A DNA stretch of 57,025 nucleotides from the NCBI GenBank assembly GCA_040217665.1, contig JBEHWP010000001.1, forward strand, positions 1 through 57,025, read 5' to 3'. Under the pieces are notes generated by a model, which saw only the letters and a list, made by a program, of their open reading frames with translations, was not told the DNA's origin and searched no databases. Below are positions 27,283 to 36,966 of the stretch, piece after piece. This stretch comes from Vulcanimicrobiota bacterium (GTDB lineage: Bacteria > Vulcanimicrobiota > SpSt-956 > JAKJGF01). The position numbers and the translations under genes are program-made. How positions within the stretch are numbered: position 1 is the stretch's first letter; the number at the start of each line of letters is the position of its first letter.

Positions 27283-28401
27283 TTGTATGATAGAATCAAC
27301 GAAATAATAAATATGTTCTTAAAAGCGGTTTTCCCGGGAAAATATATTCAGGGTGAAGGGGTTTTGAGTCAGTTACCGGAGTGGATTAAATTACTGGGTA
27401 AAAAAGGATTGGTTATTGCTTCCCCTACGGTAAAAAATAAAATTCTTCCGCCATATATCAGTGCTTTAAACAAAAATTCGATCTCTATAGAACTCTTCCA
27501 GAGAGAGTGCTGTGAAGGTGAATTAAATCGTATCTCCAGTATTATTACCGGTAAAGGTATAGACGTTATTGCAGGTATGGGCGGCGGTAAGGCTATAGAT
27601 ACAGCGAAAATTGCTGCAGATCGTCATAATATCCCTGTAATTATTGTTCCAACTATTGCCTCAACTGACGCGCCATGCAGTGGCTGTGCTGTCCTCTACT
27701 CAGAAAAAGGACATTTTCAATCAGTTTATTATCAAAAAATGAATCCCCAGGTAGTACTGGTTGATATGACAGTTATTGCCAGTGCTCCATCACGATTTCT
27801 GGTAGCAGGTATGGGTGATGCTCTGGCTACATGGTTTGAAGCAAGATCTTGTGAAAGAACAGGCTCTCAGAATGCATGTGGCGGGTACAGTACAATGACA
27901 GGAATCAACCTTGCCAGACTCTGTTATGATACAGTGATGAAGTATGGTGTTAACGCTAAAATTGCCTGTGAGAAAAATATTATCACACCGGCTCTGAACC
28001 ACATTGTAGAAGCGAATATACTTTTGAGCGGTATTGGTTTTGAAAGTTCCGGCCTGGCAGCAGCCCATTCCATTCATAACGGCCTTACGGCATTAGATGA
28101 AACTCATTCTTTTTATCATGGCGAAAAAGTAGCTTTCGGCGTTTTAGCCGGACTTCACCTTACAGATGCATGTCCTCAGGAAATGGAAGATGTTTATACT
28201 TTTTGTGAAAAAATAGGTCTCCCTACTACATTTGCCGATATAGGTCTGAAAAATATTGACAGGAATAAACTTATGAAGGTTGCAGTGAAAGCCTGTGAAC
28301 CGATAGAAGCCATTCATAATGAAGCAGGAATTATTACTCCGGAAAAGATATTCAATGCCATGATCGCCGCAGATGCTGCAGGCGAATTAAGAAAAAAATA
28401 A
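27283..28401 (+). CDS. gldA: Glycerol dehydrogenase (iron-containing ADH family)
   Basis: FPGKYIQGEGVL...GGGKAIDTAKIAADRHNIPVIIVPTIASTDAPCSGCAVLYSEKGHF...HSIHNGLT closely parallels the E. coli GldA blocks. The track start is TTG 27283; ATG 27313 (MFLKAVFPGKYIQG) fits GldA N-termini better. Confidence 0.8.
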   Translation: MYDRINEIINMFLKAVFPGKYIQGEGVLSQLPEWIKLLGKKGLVIASPTVKNKILPPYISALNKNSISIELFQRECCEGELNRISSIITGKGIDVIAGMGGGKAIDTAKIAADRHNIPVIIVPTIASTDAPCSGCAVLYSEKGHFQSVYYQKMNPQVVLVDMTVIASAPSRFLVAGMGDALATWFEARSCERTGSQNACGGYSTMTGINLARLCYDTVMKYGVNAKIACEKNIITPALNHIVEANILLSGIGFESSGLAAAHSIHNGLTALDETHSFYHGEKVAFGVLAGLHLTDACPQEMEDVYTFCEKIGLPTTFADIGLKNIDRNKLMKVAVKACEPIEAIHNEAGIITPEKIFNAMIAADAAGELRKK

Positions 28402-28639
28402 TAAATTTCTATATTTTGCAGATTTTATACTCAAATCTCTTAATAAGTGTATCAGTAAATATTTATAAGATTCTTATAATTACTTAATTTTACAGTAAAT
28501 ATTTTGATGTCATTATTTATGCATGAGAGTATAAAATTTGAAGTACATAATTCGTAACAACATGTAACAATATAAGAAAAAATGTAATACCTTCCGATAT
28601 TTTTAATTTTTAAAAAATTTTCTTATGGAAAAATTCATA

Positions 28640-28678
28640 ACAAAAAGAAACGAGTCGTAACAACCCGTTTCTTTTTGT
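28640..28678. terminator. Bidirectional intrinsic terminator between the convergent gldA and ftsZ
   Basis: Perfect 13-bp stem acaaaaagaaacg / cgtttctttttgt with a 13-nt loop. The A/T runs lie within the arms, so each strand ends in a U-tract. Confidence 0.75.
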
Positions 28679-28700
28679 TTAAATATAAAATCTGAAAAAA

Positions 28701-29870
28701 TTAATTCTTTTTAAATTTTTGTAGAAAAGACGGTATGGAAACATTTTTATCCCCATCCTGACTCTGCGTACCTTCCATAAATGAAGGCAGGGTTATAGTA
28801 GATGTTCTATAAGGAGAAACTTCCTGAATTTTCTTTATTATCTTTTCTTTTATAGGCAATATATTTCCGTCTACATTCTTTGTAAATCCTGTTGCCACTA
28901 CAATAATTTTAACCTTTTCTCCCATAGTTTCATCACAGGCCGTTCCAAAAATAACGATGGCTTCTGGATCTGCAGCATCTGCTATCAGGTCTGCAGCGGC
29001 ATTAATCTCCGCAAGAGTCAGATCTTCTCCACCCGTTATATTAAACAACACAGACCTGGCACCATTTATGTTTGTTTCAAGAAGGGGACTCGATATGGCA
29101 GCTTTTGCAGCATCGACGGATCTGTTATCTCCCTGCCCTGTTCCTATGCCCATCCATGCAGTACCTGCATTGCTCATTATGGTTTTAACATCTGCAAAAT
29201 CCAGATTAATTTCTCCCGGCATAACAATCAAATCAGAAATACCCTGCACTGCCTGCCTTAAAATATCATCTGCTTCCCTTAAAGCCTCACGAAAGGTCGT
29301 TTTTCTTTCTACCACCTGGAGGAGTCTGTCATTGGGGATGGTAATAAGGGTATCTACTCTCTGTTCAAATCTTCCTATCCCTTCTTCAGCAAGCTTCATT
29401 TTATGCCTGAGCTCGAAGGCAAAAGGTTTTGTGACAACACCTACCGTAAGAGCACCGGTGCTTCTGGCTATTTCAGCAACGACAGGAGCACCGCCTGTTC
29501 CGGTTCCCCCTCCCATGCCTGCTGTAATAAAAACCATATCTGCACCGTATATAGCATTGGCAATATCTTCTCTGTTTTCTTCGGCAGCCTTCTGACCTAT
29601 CTCAGGCCTGGCACCTGCGCCGAGACCCCTTGTAAGTTTAATTCCTATCTGTATCTTAAGATCGGCCTTGCACATATCCAGAGCCTGTGCATCAGTATTT
29701 ATGGCTATGAATTCAACACCCTGTACACCCATTTCTATCATTCTGCCAACTGCATTACAGCCGCCTCCCCCTACGCCTATTACCTTAATAACAGCCTGTT
29801 TCTTTATATCTTCATTATCAATATTCATATTCTGCTCCTTTCCGCAAATAGACGGAGTTGTATCTATCAC
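28701..29870 (-). CDS. ftsZ: Cell division GTPase FtsZ
   Basis: [12 protein letters not shown], the tubulin signature [23 protein letters not shown], and the C-terminal conserved peptide [10 protein letters not shown]. The probable start is ATG 29828 (MNIDNED), 6 nt after AAGGAG. Confidence 0.95.
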   Translation of the reverse strand: MIDTTPSICGKEQNMNIDNEDIKKQAVIKVIGVGGGGCNAVGRMIEMGVQGVEFIAINTDAQALDMCKADLKIQIGIKLTRGLGAGARPEIGQKAAEENREDIANAIYGADMVFITAGMGGGTGTGGAPVVAEIARSTGALTVGVVTKPFAFELRHKMKLAEEGIGRFEQRVDTLITIPNDRLLQVVERKTTFREALREADDILRQAVQGISDLIVMPGEINLDFADVKTIMSNAGTAWMGIGTGQGDNRSVDAAKAAISSPLLETNINGARSVLFNITGGEDLTLAEINAAADLIADAADPEAIVIFGTACDETMGEKVKIIVVATGFTKNVDGNILPIKEKIIKKIQEVSPYRTSTITLPSFMEGTQSQDGDKNVSIPSFLQKFKKN

Positions 29871-30014
29871 ATCATTAAATTTTCAGGAAATTATAAAATA
29901 ATTAAAATTATATCATAAAATCTTCCATTCGTTACATATTTAGATAACTTTATCTTTTCACCATATAAATCCATTTATATCAGGGATCTTTGCCTTGATA
30001 TAATTATTCTTTAT

Positions 30015-30070
30015 AACTATACTTTTACAGATTTTTAAAACTGTAAAAAAATAATCTATTCAATTTTTAG
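30015..30070 (-). repeat. Inverted copy of the 6079-6136 repeat, upstream of ftsZ
   Basis: See 6079-6136. Both copies point toward a downstream gene start 135-185 nt away (6270 on the plus strand; ftsZ on the minus strand). Confidence 0.8.
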
Positions 30071-30138
30071 GTTTTAGGTGTTGGATTAGGAAGATTAAAA
30101 CCCAAAACCAGAACCCCAAACCTATTTAACTATAAAGT

Positions 30139-30178
30139 CAGTAAAAACAAGGAAATTATGAAAAAATGCAAAAGTATA
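30139..30178 (+). repeat. 40-nt direct repeat, copy A (upstream of the zinc-finger/GT4 pair)
   Basis: cagtaaaaacaaggaaattatgaaaaaatgcaaaagtata; 39/40 identical to 31851-31890. Confidence 0.85.
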
Positions 30179-30331
30179 GTTTATAAAAAAATTCAAAAAA
30201 AGATAATATTATAAATCGATGCAGGCCATTTTATAAGACTTGCTGTAGTAACTATAAAATACTATATATAAAGGAAATTTCTATTTTTCATAGAATTCTG
30301 TGTATATAAAACTTTATTTTCAGGTGATATT

Positions 30332-30640
30332 ATGCAGGAACAGAGTAGATGTAATTTTATACCGGGAAAAATTCTTACACGTCAGTGTCCGAATAAAGCA
30401 ACATGCCGTTGTGTAAAATGTAACAGAGATATGTGTAATGAACATGCCATGCCTACCAGTGCAGGTGTTATGTGTGTTGAATGTACTGCAGGTAAACCTG
30501 TAACACCGTTCCATGAAGAAGATCTTTATACAGATGAAGAAATGGCATTATTTGATAGAAATCATGCTTTATGGGCAGCCGATGCAGGAAGGTTATACGA
30601 TTCTCTCGGCCTTAAAGACGATCAGTTTGATGCAAGTTAA
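30332..30640 (+). CDS. Small Cys-rich zinc-finger protein (B-box-like)
   Basis: 102 aa: CPNKATCRCVKCNRDMCNEHAMPTSAGVMCVEC (8 Cys/His ligand candidates) with an acidic C-terminal tail. The next gene starts 18 nt downstream. Confidence 0.5.
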   Translation: MQEQSRCNFIPGKILTRQCPNKATCRCVKCNRDMCNEHAMPTSAGVMCVECTAGKPVTPFHEEDLYTDEEMALFDRNHALWAADAGRLYDSLGLKDDQFDAS

Positions 30641-30658
30641 TAGAAAGGGTTATTTGAA

Positions 30659-31798
30659 ATGAAAATAGTCCTTCTTTCCCACTCCTATCCTCCGTCTATA
30701 GGAGGAGTGGCAACTTCTGTAAAAAGACTGGCAGTAATGTTAAAAGAAAAGGGATTTTCTGTTTTTATTTCCACTTTATCAGGCAAACTGTTACCGGGGC
30801 AGGAACAGGAACATATTGAAGACGGAATTCTGTCATATCATCTCGGAAAATTTCCCGGTACATCTGATACGAGAGCCTCATGGTTTGAGCAATTATGCAG
30901 AATTATAGATAAACATAAGATTGATATTGTCCATTCTTATTATGCTTCAAGAGCCGGCTTCACAGGAACTATGGCGGCAAAGCTCAAAGGAATAAATTCA
31001 ATTGTAAGTATAAGAGGTAATGATCTCGAAAAAGACATGTTCTGCGGAAGCAATTTTCCCCTTATAGAATGGACCCTGAAAAACTGCTCATATGTGACAT
31101 GCGTATCAAAAAACCTGAAATCTCTTGCATCTATCATAATTCCTGAAAAAAAAATAGAAGTTATTTATAATTCAGTCAATACTTCTATCTTTAAGAAAGA
31201 GCTTCGTAACAGGGAAATCCTTTCCGATTTATCCATTCAGGAAGGAGAACCTGTCACAGGTTTTATAGGAGAAGGAAAGGCAAAAAAAGGAATTTATAGC
31301 CTTCTTAAAGCTTTCTCACTTGTTCTGGAACGGAGAAAAAGCCACCTCTTTTTAATAGGCACTATGAGACGGGAAATGGCTGATATGATAAAATATTTCA
31401 GAGAAGAAAACCAGTTATTCAATCATTATTTACACATAGTGCCTCCCGTTCTGCCAGAGTATATTCCTAAATTCTACAACCTTCTTGATATATTTATTAT
31501 GCCTTCTCTGAGAGATGGCATGCCAAACGGAATACTTGAAGCCATGGCATGTGAACTTCCTGTTGTTACGACCTCGGCAGGAGCCATACCGGAACTGGTA
31601 AAAAATGAAAAAACCGGTATAATAGTAGAACCGGGGAATATAGATAATCTGACATCATCTATGATAAAACTGATTGACAGTAAAGAATTAAGAGAAAAAA
31701 TGGGTAAAAAAGGAAGAGAAAGAGTAATAAAATATTTCTCCCAATCGAAAGAAGTAGAAGGAAATATTAAAATTTATAATAAACTGGTAAAAAGTTAA
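30659..31798 (+). CDS. GT4-family (GT-B, group 1) glycosyltransferase
   Basis: MKIVLLSHSYPPSIGGVATSV at the N-terminus and the C-terminal PSLRDGMPNGILEAMACELPVVTTSAGAIPELV (EX7E-type region). Confidence 0.8.
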   Translation: MKIVLLSHSYPPSIGGVATSVKRLAVMLKEKGFSVFISTLSGKLLPGQEQEHIEDGILSYHLGKFPGTSDTRASWFEQLCRIIDKHKIDIVHSYYASRAGFTGTMAAKLKGINSIVSIRGNDLEKDMFCGSNFPLIEWTLKNCSYVTCVSKNLKSLASIIIPEKKIEVIYNSVNTSIFKKELRNREILSDLSIQEGEPVTGFIGEGKAKKGIYSLLKAFSLVLERRKSHLFLIGTMRREMADMIKYFREENQLFNHYLHIVPPVLPEYIPKFYNLLDIFIMPSLRDGMPNGILEAMACELPVVTTSAGAIPELVKNEKTGIIVEPGNIDNLTSSMIKLIDSKELREKMGKKGRERVIKYFSQSKEVEGNIKIYNKLVKS

Positions 31799-31850
31799 TA
31801 GTAACAGTACGCTTATTAAATACTTATGCTCAGGTCAGTAGCTATGAAGC

Positions 31851-31890
31851 CAGTAAAAACAAGGAAATTATGAAAAAGTGCAAAAGTATA
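31851..31890 (+). repeat. 40-nt direct repeat, copy B (downstream of GT4, 38 nt upstream of 31928)
   Basis: cagtaaaaacaaggaaattatgaaaaagtgcaaaagtata. Confidence 0.85.
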
Positions 31891-31927
31891 TAGAAAAAGT
31901 AAGTATAATAAAAAAGGGGGGTATCTT

Positions 31928-32776
31928 ATGAAATTACCGGAAAACTTTAAAATTACAGGATCGGTTGATGAAATTTACTGGCACTTGAAAGATACTACGG
32001 ACATTTTTGTGACAGAAGGTAAAAAACCCTGGGTATTCGGATGCCTGGGAGCAATATTATTTATCTCACTCTTTACATTGATACCGATAATATTTATATC
32101 TTCGCCATCAGAAGATGCCTCATACAGAGGCTGGGTATATTTTCTGGTGTCTATCCTTGCTGTATTTATGATTATTATAGCAGCAGCGAAACATAAAGCA
32201 GGATTTGCCAAGAAAAAAGAAGCACTTGATATGATGGTGGGAATAATAGAAGCAGTAAGAGATGATTTAAGGAATAAAGGACTTATGACTCTGACCTGTG
32301 AATTTGCACCGGGGAAAAAACCGGTCGAATCTGACCAGAAGGCCAGTGAGCCGAGATTTTCCAGTGTAAGGAGAATAAAATATAAATATAAAACAGCAGA
32401 TTTTAGATTTACCATGCTTGACGGTAATATCCTGAAAGTCCGCATCTATACAAAAGAAAGAGAAAAAATAAAAGTAGATCACAGAACAAAAAGATATTTC
32501 AGAAAAAAATTTCTTCTAAAAATCAGGCTGGATATAAATCATAAATGTTATGATATGGCCCGTTTTAACGATGGTGTCTACAATAATTATCAGCTTACCC
32601 CTAATATAGTAATTTCAAAGGTAAGTAAAGGTGAAAACCATATTTCGATAAAAGCCCTTCTGTCAAAGTTAGATCAATATTCAGGCAGACAGGTAGCAGG
32701 AATGATAAAGGGCATTTACGCAGGAATAAAACTTAAGAAATTTTCACAGGTTGCAACCCAGGCCGGTCATTATTAG
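31928..32776 (+). CDS. Hypothetical membrane protein (2 TM segments)
   Basis: 282 aa. TM segments are WVFGCLGAILFISLFTLIPIIFI and WVYFLVSILAVFMIIIAAA. The K/R-rich soluble remainder has no recognisable motif. Confidence 0.5.
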   Translation: MKLPENFKITGSVDEIYWHLKDTTDIFVTEGKKPWVFGCLGAILFISLFTLIPIIFISSPSEDASYRGWVYFLVSILAVFMIIIAAAKHKAGFAKKKEALDMMVGIIEAVRDDLRNKGLMTLTCEFAPGKKPVESDQKASEPRFSSVRRIKYKYKTADFRFTMLDGNILKVRIYTKEREKIKVDHRTKRYFRKKFLLKIRLDINHKCYDMARFNDGVYNNYQLTPNIVISKVSKGENHISIKALLSKLDQYSGRQVAGMIKGIYAGIKLKKFSQVATQAGHY

Positions 32777-32853
32777 TCTGGATAGAGACACTTTACGCGT
32801 CACGAATAATAATTTTAAAGCATAGGAATTGTCATTTTTAATTCTGTAAATCA

Positions 32854-32898
32854 GGCATTAGATAAAATTTTATCTACAGGCATTTATCTAAATAATTT
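32854..32898 (+). promoter_or_regulatory. Copy 3 of the element in gene-matched orientation, ending exactly at the radical SAM ATG; includes a perfect 18-bp palindrome
   Basis: The sequence is ggcattagataaaattttatctacaggcatttatctaaataattt followed by ATG. TAGATAAAATTTTATCTA (32859-32876) is a perfect palindrome. The 3' part, tttatctaaataatttat, is identical to copies 1 and 2. Confidence 0.55.
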
Positions 32899-34002
32899 AT
32901 GTATCAAATAAACAGTATAAAAAATAATACAGAAGAATTTATTTCATCCCTGCACCATGGTAATCCCTATAAACCATTGAGTGTAAAAATAAAACTTACA
33001 TGGAACTGTAATCTCTCCTGTGTTATGTGTAATTCTACAAGACAGATGAGAGGAACAGAACTGGGATATAAAAGAGTCGTCGGACTGGTGCAGGAACTTG
33101 CAGAAATGGGTTGCAAAAAAATACATTTTTCAGGAGGAGAACCTCTTCTGTGGGAAGGTTTATTTAATATTGCCGGGTATGCAAGAAACAGAAAACATAT
33201 AAAAGTAAATATTACAACAAACGGAACTCTCCTGAACAGGGAAATGGCAAAAAAATCAATTTACAGTCGATTTAAAACCATATCAATTTCACTTGACTCT
33301 CCTGATGAGTCAATTCATGACAGGATCAGAGGTGCAGGAAACTGGAGAAAAACCATAGAAGGGATAAAAAATCTTGTAAAAGAAAAAGAACTGGCTGAAA
33401 GTGGAACTAAAATAAGACTCAATGTTGTTGTAAGTAAATTAAACTATAAAAGCCTTCACAAACTGCCTGAAATGGCATCTTATCTGGCAATAGATTATCT
33501 ACTACTCATACCCGTAGATGATCATCTCGGTATGAATTTTAAATTAAATTATGACGAACTCCTTGAATATAATACAGAAATAGGGCCTGCCCTTGATGAA
33601 AAAGGAACTAAATATAACCTGTGGGAATGGCCTGACCAGGCTTTCCCTTTCGGAAAAACTTTTTCATCTCTTGAATTTTCTTCAAAAGGGTTGTATGCTA
33701 TGGGTATATATGAAAAAATTCCCTGTTTTGCTCCCTGGCTTCATTCTTTTATATCTCCCAGAGGGAGGGTATTTATCTGCTGTATGACAAAAGATATAGG
33801 AGTACTCGGGAAAATTAAAAAGAAAAATTTCAAGGAAATATGGGAAGGTGACCTTTATAGACAGGCCAGGCATATAATGCTCAAAACACGCTTCCCTGAA
33901 TGTTTCAGATGTGATAGCTTTTTAAAGGAAAACATACAGATATGCAGATATTTATCTCATAATGATAACAGTAATGATACAGGGTTTCTTGCGATGAAAT
34001 AA
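32899..34002 (+). CDS. Radical SAM enzyme with a Cys-containing SPASM/twitch-like C-terminal extension
   Basis: CNLSCVMCN (CxxxCxxC), GGEPLL, and a C-terminal CFAPWLHSFISPRGRVFICC...FPECFRCDSF. Confidence 0.7.
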   Translation: MYQINSIKNNTEEFISSLHHGNPYKPLSVKIKLTWNCNLSCVMCNSTRQMRGTELGYKRVVGLVQELAEMGCKKIHFSGGEPLLWEGLFNIAGYARNRKHIKVNITTNGTLLNREMAKKSIYSRFKTISISLDSPDESIHDRIRGAGNWRKTIEGIKNLVKEKELAESGTKIRLNVVVSKLNYKSLHKLPEMASYLAIDYLLLIPVDDHLGMNFKLNYDELLEYNTEIGPALDEKGTKYNLWEWPDQAFPFGKTFSSLEFSSKGLYAMGIYEKIPCFAPWLHSFISPRGRVFICCMTKDIGVLGKIKKKNFKEIWEGDLYRQARHIMLKTRFPECFRCDSFLKENIQICRYLSHNDNSNDTGFLAMK

Positions 34003-34020
34003 AACAGGGAAAAAAAGATT

Positions 34021-35262
34021 ATGTCAAATCGCGTGAAAGGATTGAATATTTTGAATATAGATCCTGAAAAAGTAAAAGAAGGTTATAAAAAAATAATAGG
34101 AGAAATAAACCTGCCTCATCTGGATTTAAAGAAAGTAGCACCAAAAATCCTTGATGTCATAGTCGATGTGTTCGGAGCAGACAGAGCAGATCTTGCTATA
34201 ATCAGAGAAGATTTTGATATAAATCATATGGCTCTTACGGAAGAAAATGCTGTAAAATTAAGAATAACAAAAGGTTATAGGGATGAAGACTGGCTTATGC
34301 TTGTAGAATCAGGAGTACTTATGGAGAGCATCCGTCATGCCATAGTTACAAAAAAGAGTCAAATTTATTCAGATACATCTGAAGAAGTGCCTGACAGGAT
34401 GGAAATATCTGAAAAACTCGAACACGGATGCTGGATGAATTATGTTCTTGTTATACATGATAGAGCAGTGGCAAATGTTCATCTTGCAAGTAAAGAAAGA
34501 TTCTACTACCAGACAGGTGAATTAAAAGAACTGGAACATATGAGTCAGTTGCTTGCAACTGCCATCAATGTGGCAGGTCTGTGGGAAAAAGAAAGAATGC
34601 TCCTTATGGAATTTATCCATTCTCTTAATGTTGCTCTTGAGGTAAGAGATAAATATACGGCAGGCCATGTAGAGAGAGTAAAACTTTATTCAGGACTTAT
34701 AGCACAGGAACTCAAACTACCTGATGAGGAGATAGAATTAATAAAAACTGCTGCCATATTACATGATATAGGTAAAATCGGAGTAAGTGACAGTATTCTG
34801 AAAAAGCCGGGGGCTCTGAGTGAAGATGAAAGAAAGGAAATACAGCAGCATGTAGTTATGACAAACGACATACTTAAAAATCTTTCTCATCTTGATGCAG
34901 CCAGAAAGCTGGCATGTTTTCATCATGAAACCTATAACGGCACAGGTTATGTAATGGGAGTCAGTGGAGAAGACATACCACTCGGTTCAAGAATCATTTC
35001 CATTGCCGATACCTTTGACGCAATGACTTCAAACAGAGCATACAGAAGAGCCTTCTTTGTAGAAGAAGCCCTTAATATTCTGGAAGACCCGAATATAAAG
35101 CAGTGGGATAAGAAGATTGTAAAAATCTTTACAACCCTTTTGAGGACAACCAGATTTAAATCAGTAGCAGAAAAGGAAGGCCTTATTTTTTATAAAGACG
35201 GTAAATATGATAGAGAAAATAGTTCTCTTAAATTCAAACAATTTACAGGTTTTTTTTACTGA
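34021..35262 (+). CDS. HD-GYP-type phosphohydrolase with an N-terminal GAF-like sensor region (probable c-di-GMP phosphodiesterase)
   Basis: TAGHVERV...ILHDIGKIGVSDSILKKPGALS...HHETYNGTGYVMGVSGEDIPLGSRIISIADTFDAMTSNRAYR. GYP is replaced by GYV. Starts 18 nt after the radical SAM stop. Confidence 0.8.
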   Translation: MSNRVKGLNILNIDPEKVKEGYKKIIGEINLPHLDLKKVAPKILDVIVDVFGADRADLAIIREDFDINHMALTEENAVKLRITKGYRDEDWLMLVESGVLMESIRHAIVTKKSQIYSDTSEEVPDRMEISEKLEHGCWMNYVLVIHDRAVANVHLASKERFYYQTGELKELEHMSQLLATAINVAGLWEKERMLLMEFIHSLNVALEVRDKYTAGHVERVKLYSGLIAQELKLPDEEIELIKTAAILHDIGKIGVSDSILKKPGALSEDERKEIQQHVVMTNDILKNLSHLDAARKLACFHHETYNGTGYVMGVSGEDIPLGSRIISIADTFDAMTSNRAYRRAFFVEEALNILEDPNIKQWDKKIVKIFTTLLRTTRFKSVAEKEGLIFYKDGKYDRENSSLKFKQFTGFFY

Positions 35263-35294
35263 CCTGACCATAAATATGAAATAAAGGCTTTCGT

Positions 35295-35356
35295 CCCGTT
35301 ACCTTTCACGAGAGCAGTTACGTATTATTTATAATCATCACAGTAAGGAATGACAG
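35295..35356 (+). repeat. Homolog of 27109-27172, upstream of the zinc-ribbon/PD40 gene
   Basis: See 27109-27172. Confidence 0.65.
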
Positions 35357-35381
35357 TTAATAACTGTCCCACATATATTAA

Positions 35382-35430
35382 TCGTAACGGGTAACGCGTG
35401 ACACGAGGAAAGAGACAATTAATAAAGTTC
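35382..35430. repeat. GTAAYG/ACGCGTGAC element, homolog of 21205-21252
   Basis: See 21205-21252. Its gtaacggg can pair with cccgttac at 35295-35302. Confidence 0.6.
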
Positions 35431-35458
35431 TATTCCAATATAATATGAATATTTTTAT

Positions 35459-36916
35459 ATGAAGGAGGATTTTATTATGAAAAAATCCGGTCTGTTTTTA
35501 TTATTTTTTATAGTTACAATCAGCATTGTAACCCTTTCTATCGTTCTTGCCCAGCAAAAAACCTGTCCTAACTGCAAAGCAGAATGCAAAGTAGAATATA
35601 AACTCTGTCCCTTCTGCGGCTATAAATTCGAAGAACCACCTGCTACAGGTAATCAGTCAGGTGGGCCGTTGATTATAACAAAAATAGAACCCCTGCAGGG
35701 CCCTCCCGGCTCACAGATAAAAATCAGTGCCCAGAATGTTCAGGCAGGGAATCTGGGTATATACAGAGTGGATTTCAATGGCGTTACAGCTCTTATTGAA
35801 TCTGTTCAGGCCGATGGTATATATGTTATAGTTCCACAGAATGTTACCAGCGGCCCAATAAATGTCTATGTAAATAATGAACAGATCAATTATATGGGGT
35901 ATTCCTATTTCACAGCCGGTGCTGCCCCTGCCATGACAACTCCTCAGACCACAGTAGATACAGGTATGACAACAACCAGTATAACTTCATTACAGCAACA
36001 GACTCCTGTGACCCAGGCAAATATACCGACACCCGTAGTTCCTCCTGTTCCTACTGCTCCCCTGAGTGTAACAAATATACCTGCCGGTACGTTAAGTATG
36101 GGAAAAATCGTTTATACATCGTGGGATAAAAACAAAAACTATGAAGATATATGGGTAATAAAATCAGGAGGCAAATCTCCTGTAAATATAACACATGATA
36201 CCAATTATAATACAAACCCCTGCTGGTCACCTGACGGAAAATTAATAGCCTTTACTTCAACAAGGGAAGGAAACAGGGAAATATATGTAATGAGCCAGGA
36301 TGGTACACAGTTAAAAAATCTTACAGGCAATTCTTTCTGGAATGATAATCCCGACTGGTCACCTAAAAATAATAAGATAGCCTTTGAAAGCTGGAGAGAT
36401 GGGAATCTTGAGATATACTCCATGAATACGGACGGAAGAGGTCAGGTAAATCTGACGAAAACCGCAAAAGATGATGTAGAGCCTTCATGGTCACCGGACG
36501 GAACAAAGATAGCCTTTACAAGTAACAGAGAACAGAATTTTGAAATATTTATTATGAACTCCGATGGAAGTGGCCAGCACAATCTGACCAGAGCAGGTAC
36601 TACAGATGAAAAAGAGCCTGCCTGGTCACCTGACGGAACAAAAATAGCCTATACCTGTCATAAAGACAGTCAAGATGACATATATATCATGACTGTGAAA
36701 GGTACCAATCATGTGAATATAACAAATAATCCTCTATCGGACGACCGTTCCCCATGCTGGTCCCCTGATAGTAAAAAAATTGCCTTTATGTCAAACAGGA
36801 GTACTACAGCAGAATCTAACTACTGGGAAATATGTATTATAAATGTTGACGGAAGTAAAGTAATTAACGTGACAAATAATTCTTACTGGGACGGATTCCC
36901 CAGATGGGTAAAATAG
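35459..36916 (+). CDS. Membrane-anchored zinc-ribbon / IPT-TIG / PD40 (TolB-like) beta-propeller protein
   Basis: The probable start is ATG 35477, after AGGAGG. TM: LFLLFFIVTISIVTLSIVL. Zinc ribbon: CPNCKAECKVEYKLCPFCG. IPT-like: ITKIEPLQGPPGSQIKISAQN. P/T-rich linker, then repeated WSPDGxxIAFxS...EIYxMxxDG PD40 units. Confidence 0.75.
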   Translation: MKEDFIMKKSGLFLLFFIVTISIVTLSIVLAQQKTCPNCKAECKVEYKLCPFCGYKFEEPPATGNQSGGPLIITKIEPLQGPPGSQIKISAQNVQAGNLGIYRVDFNGVTALIESVQADGIYVIVPQNVTSGPINVYVNNEQINYMGYSYFTAGAAPAMTTPQTTVDTGMTTTSITSLQQQTPVTQANIPTPVVPPVPTAPLSVTNIPAGTLSMGKIVYTSWDKNKNYEDIWVIKSGGKSPVNITHDTNYNTNPCWSPDGKLIAFTSTREGNREIYVMSQDGTQLKNLTGNSFWNDNPDWSPKNNKIAFESWRDGNLEIYSMNTDGRGQVNLTKTAKDDVEPSWSPDGTKIAFTSNREQNFEIFIMNSDGSGQHNLTRAGTTDEKEPAWSPDGTKIAYTCHKDSQDDIYIMTVKGTNHVNITNNPLSDDRSPCWSPDSKKIAFMSNRSTTAESNYWEICIINVDGSKVINVTNNSYWDGFPRWVK

Positions 36917-36966
36917 ACAGGGATTTTCGGGATTGGCAGGAAAACAGGTGATTTTACATATAAATG

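Noticed and set aside
28957-29918. Long plus-strand ORFs (212, 171 and 77 aa) overlapping ftsZ.
   Set aside because: They are antisense shadows of a strongly supported gene. The products are low-complexity Ser/Ala/Pro/Ile sequences with no RBS and no motifs.
30158-30214. Mini-ORFs MKKCKSIVYKKIQKKIIL (30158-30214) and MKKCKSI (31870-31893) inside the 40-nt repeats, considered as conserved leader peptides.
   Set aside because: The reading frames diverge and terminate differently as soon as the repeat ends. Conservation is at the nucleotide level, so I do not call them genes.
30139-31890. The repeats as a possible CRISPR array.
   Set aside because: There are only two copies, 1.7 kb apart, with full-length genes between them. 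There is no regular spacing and there are no cas genes.
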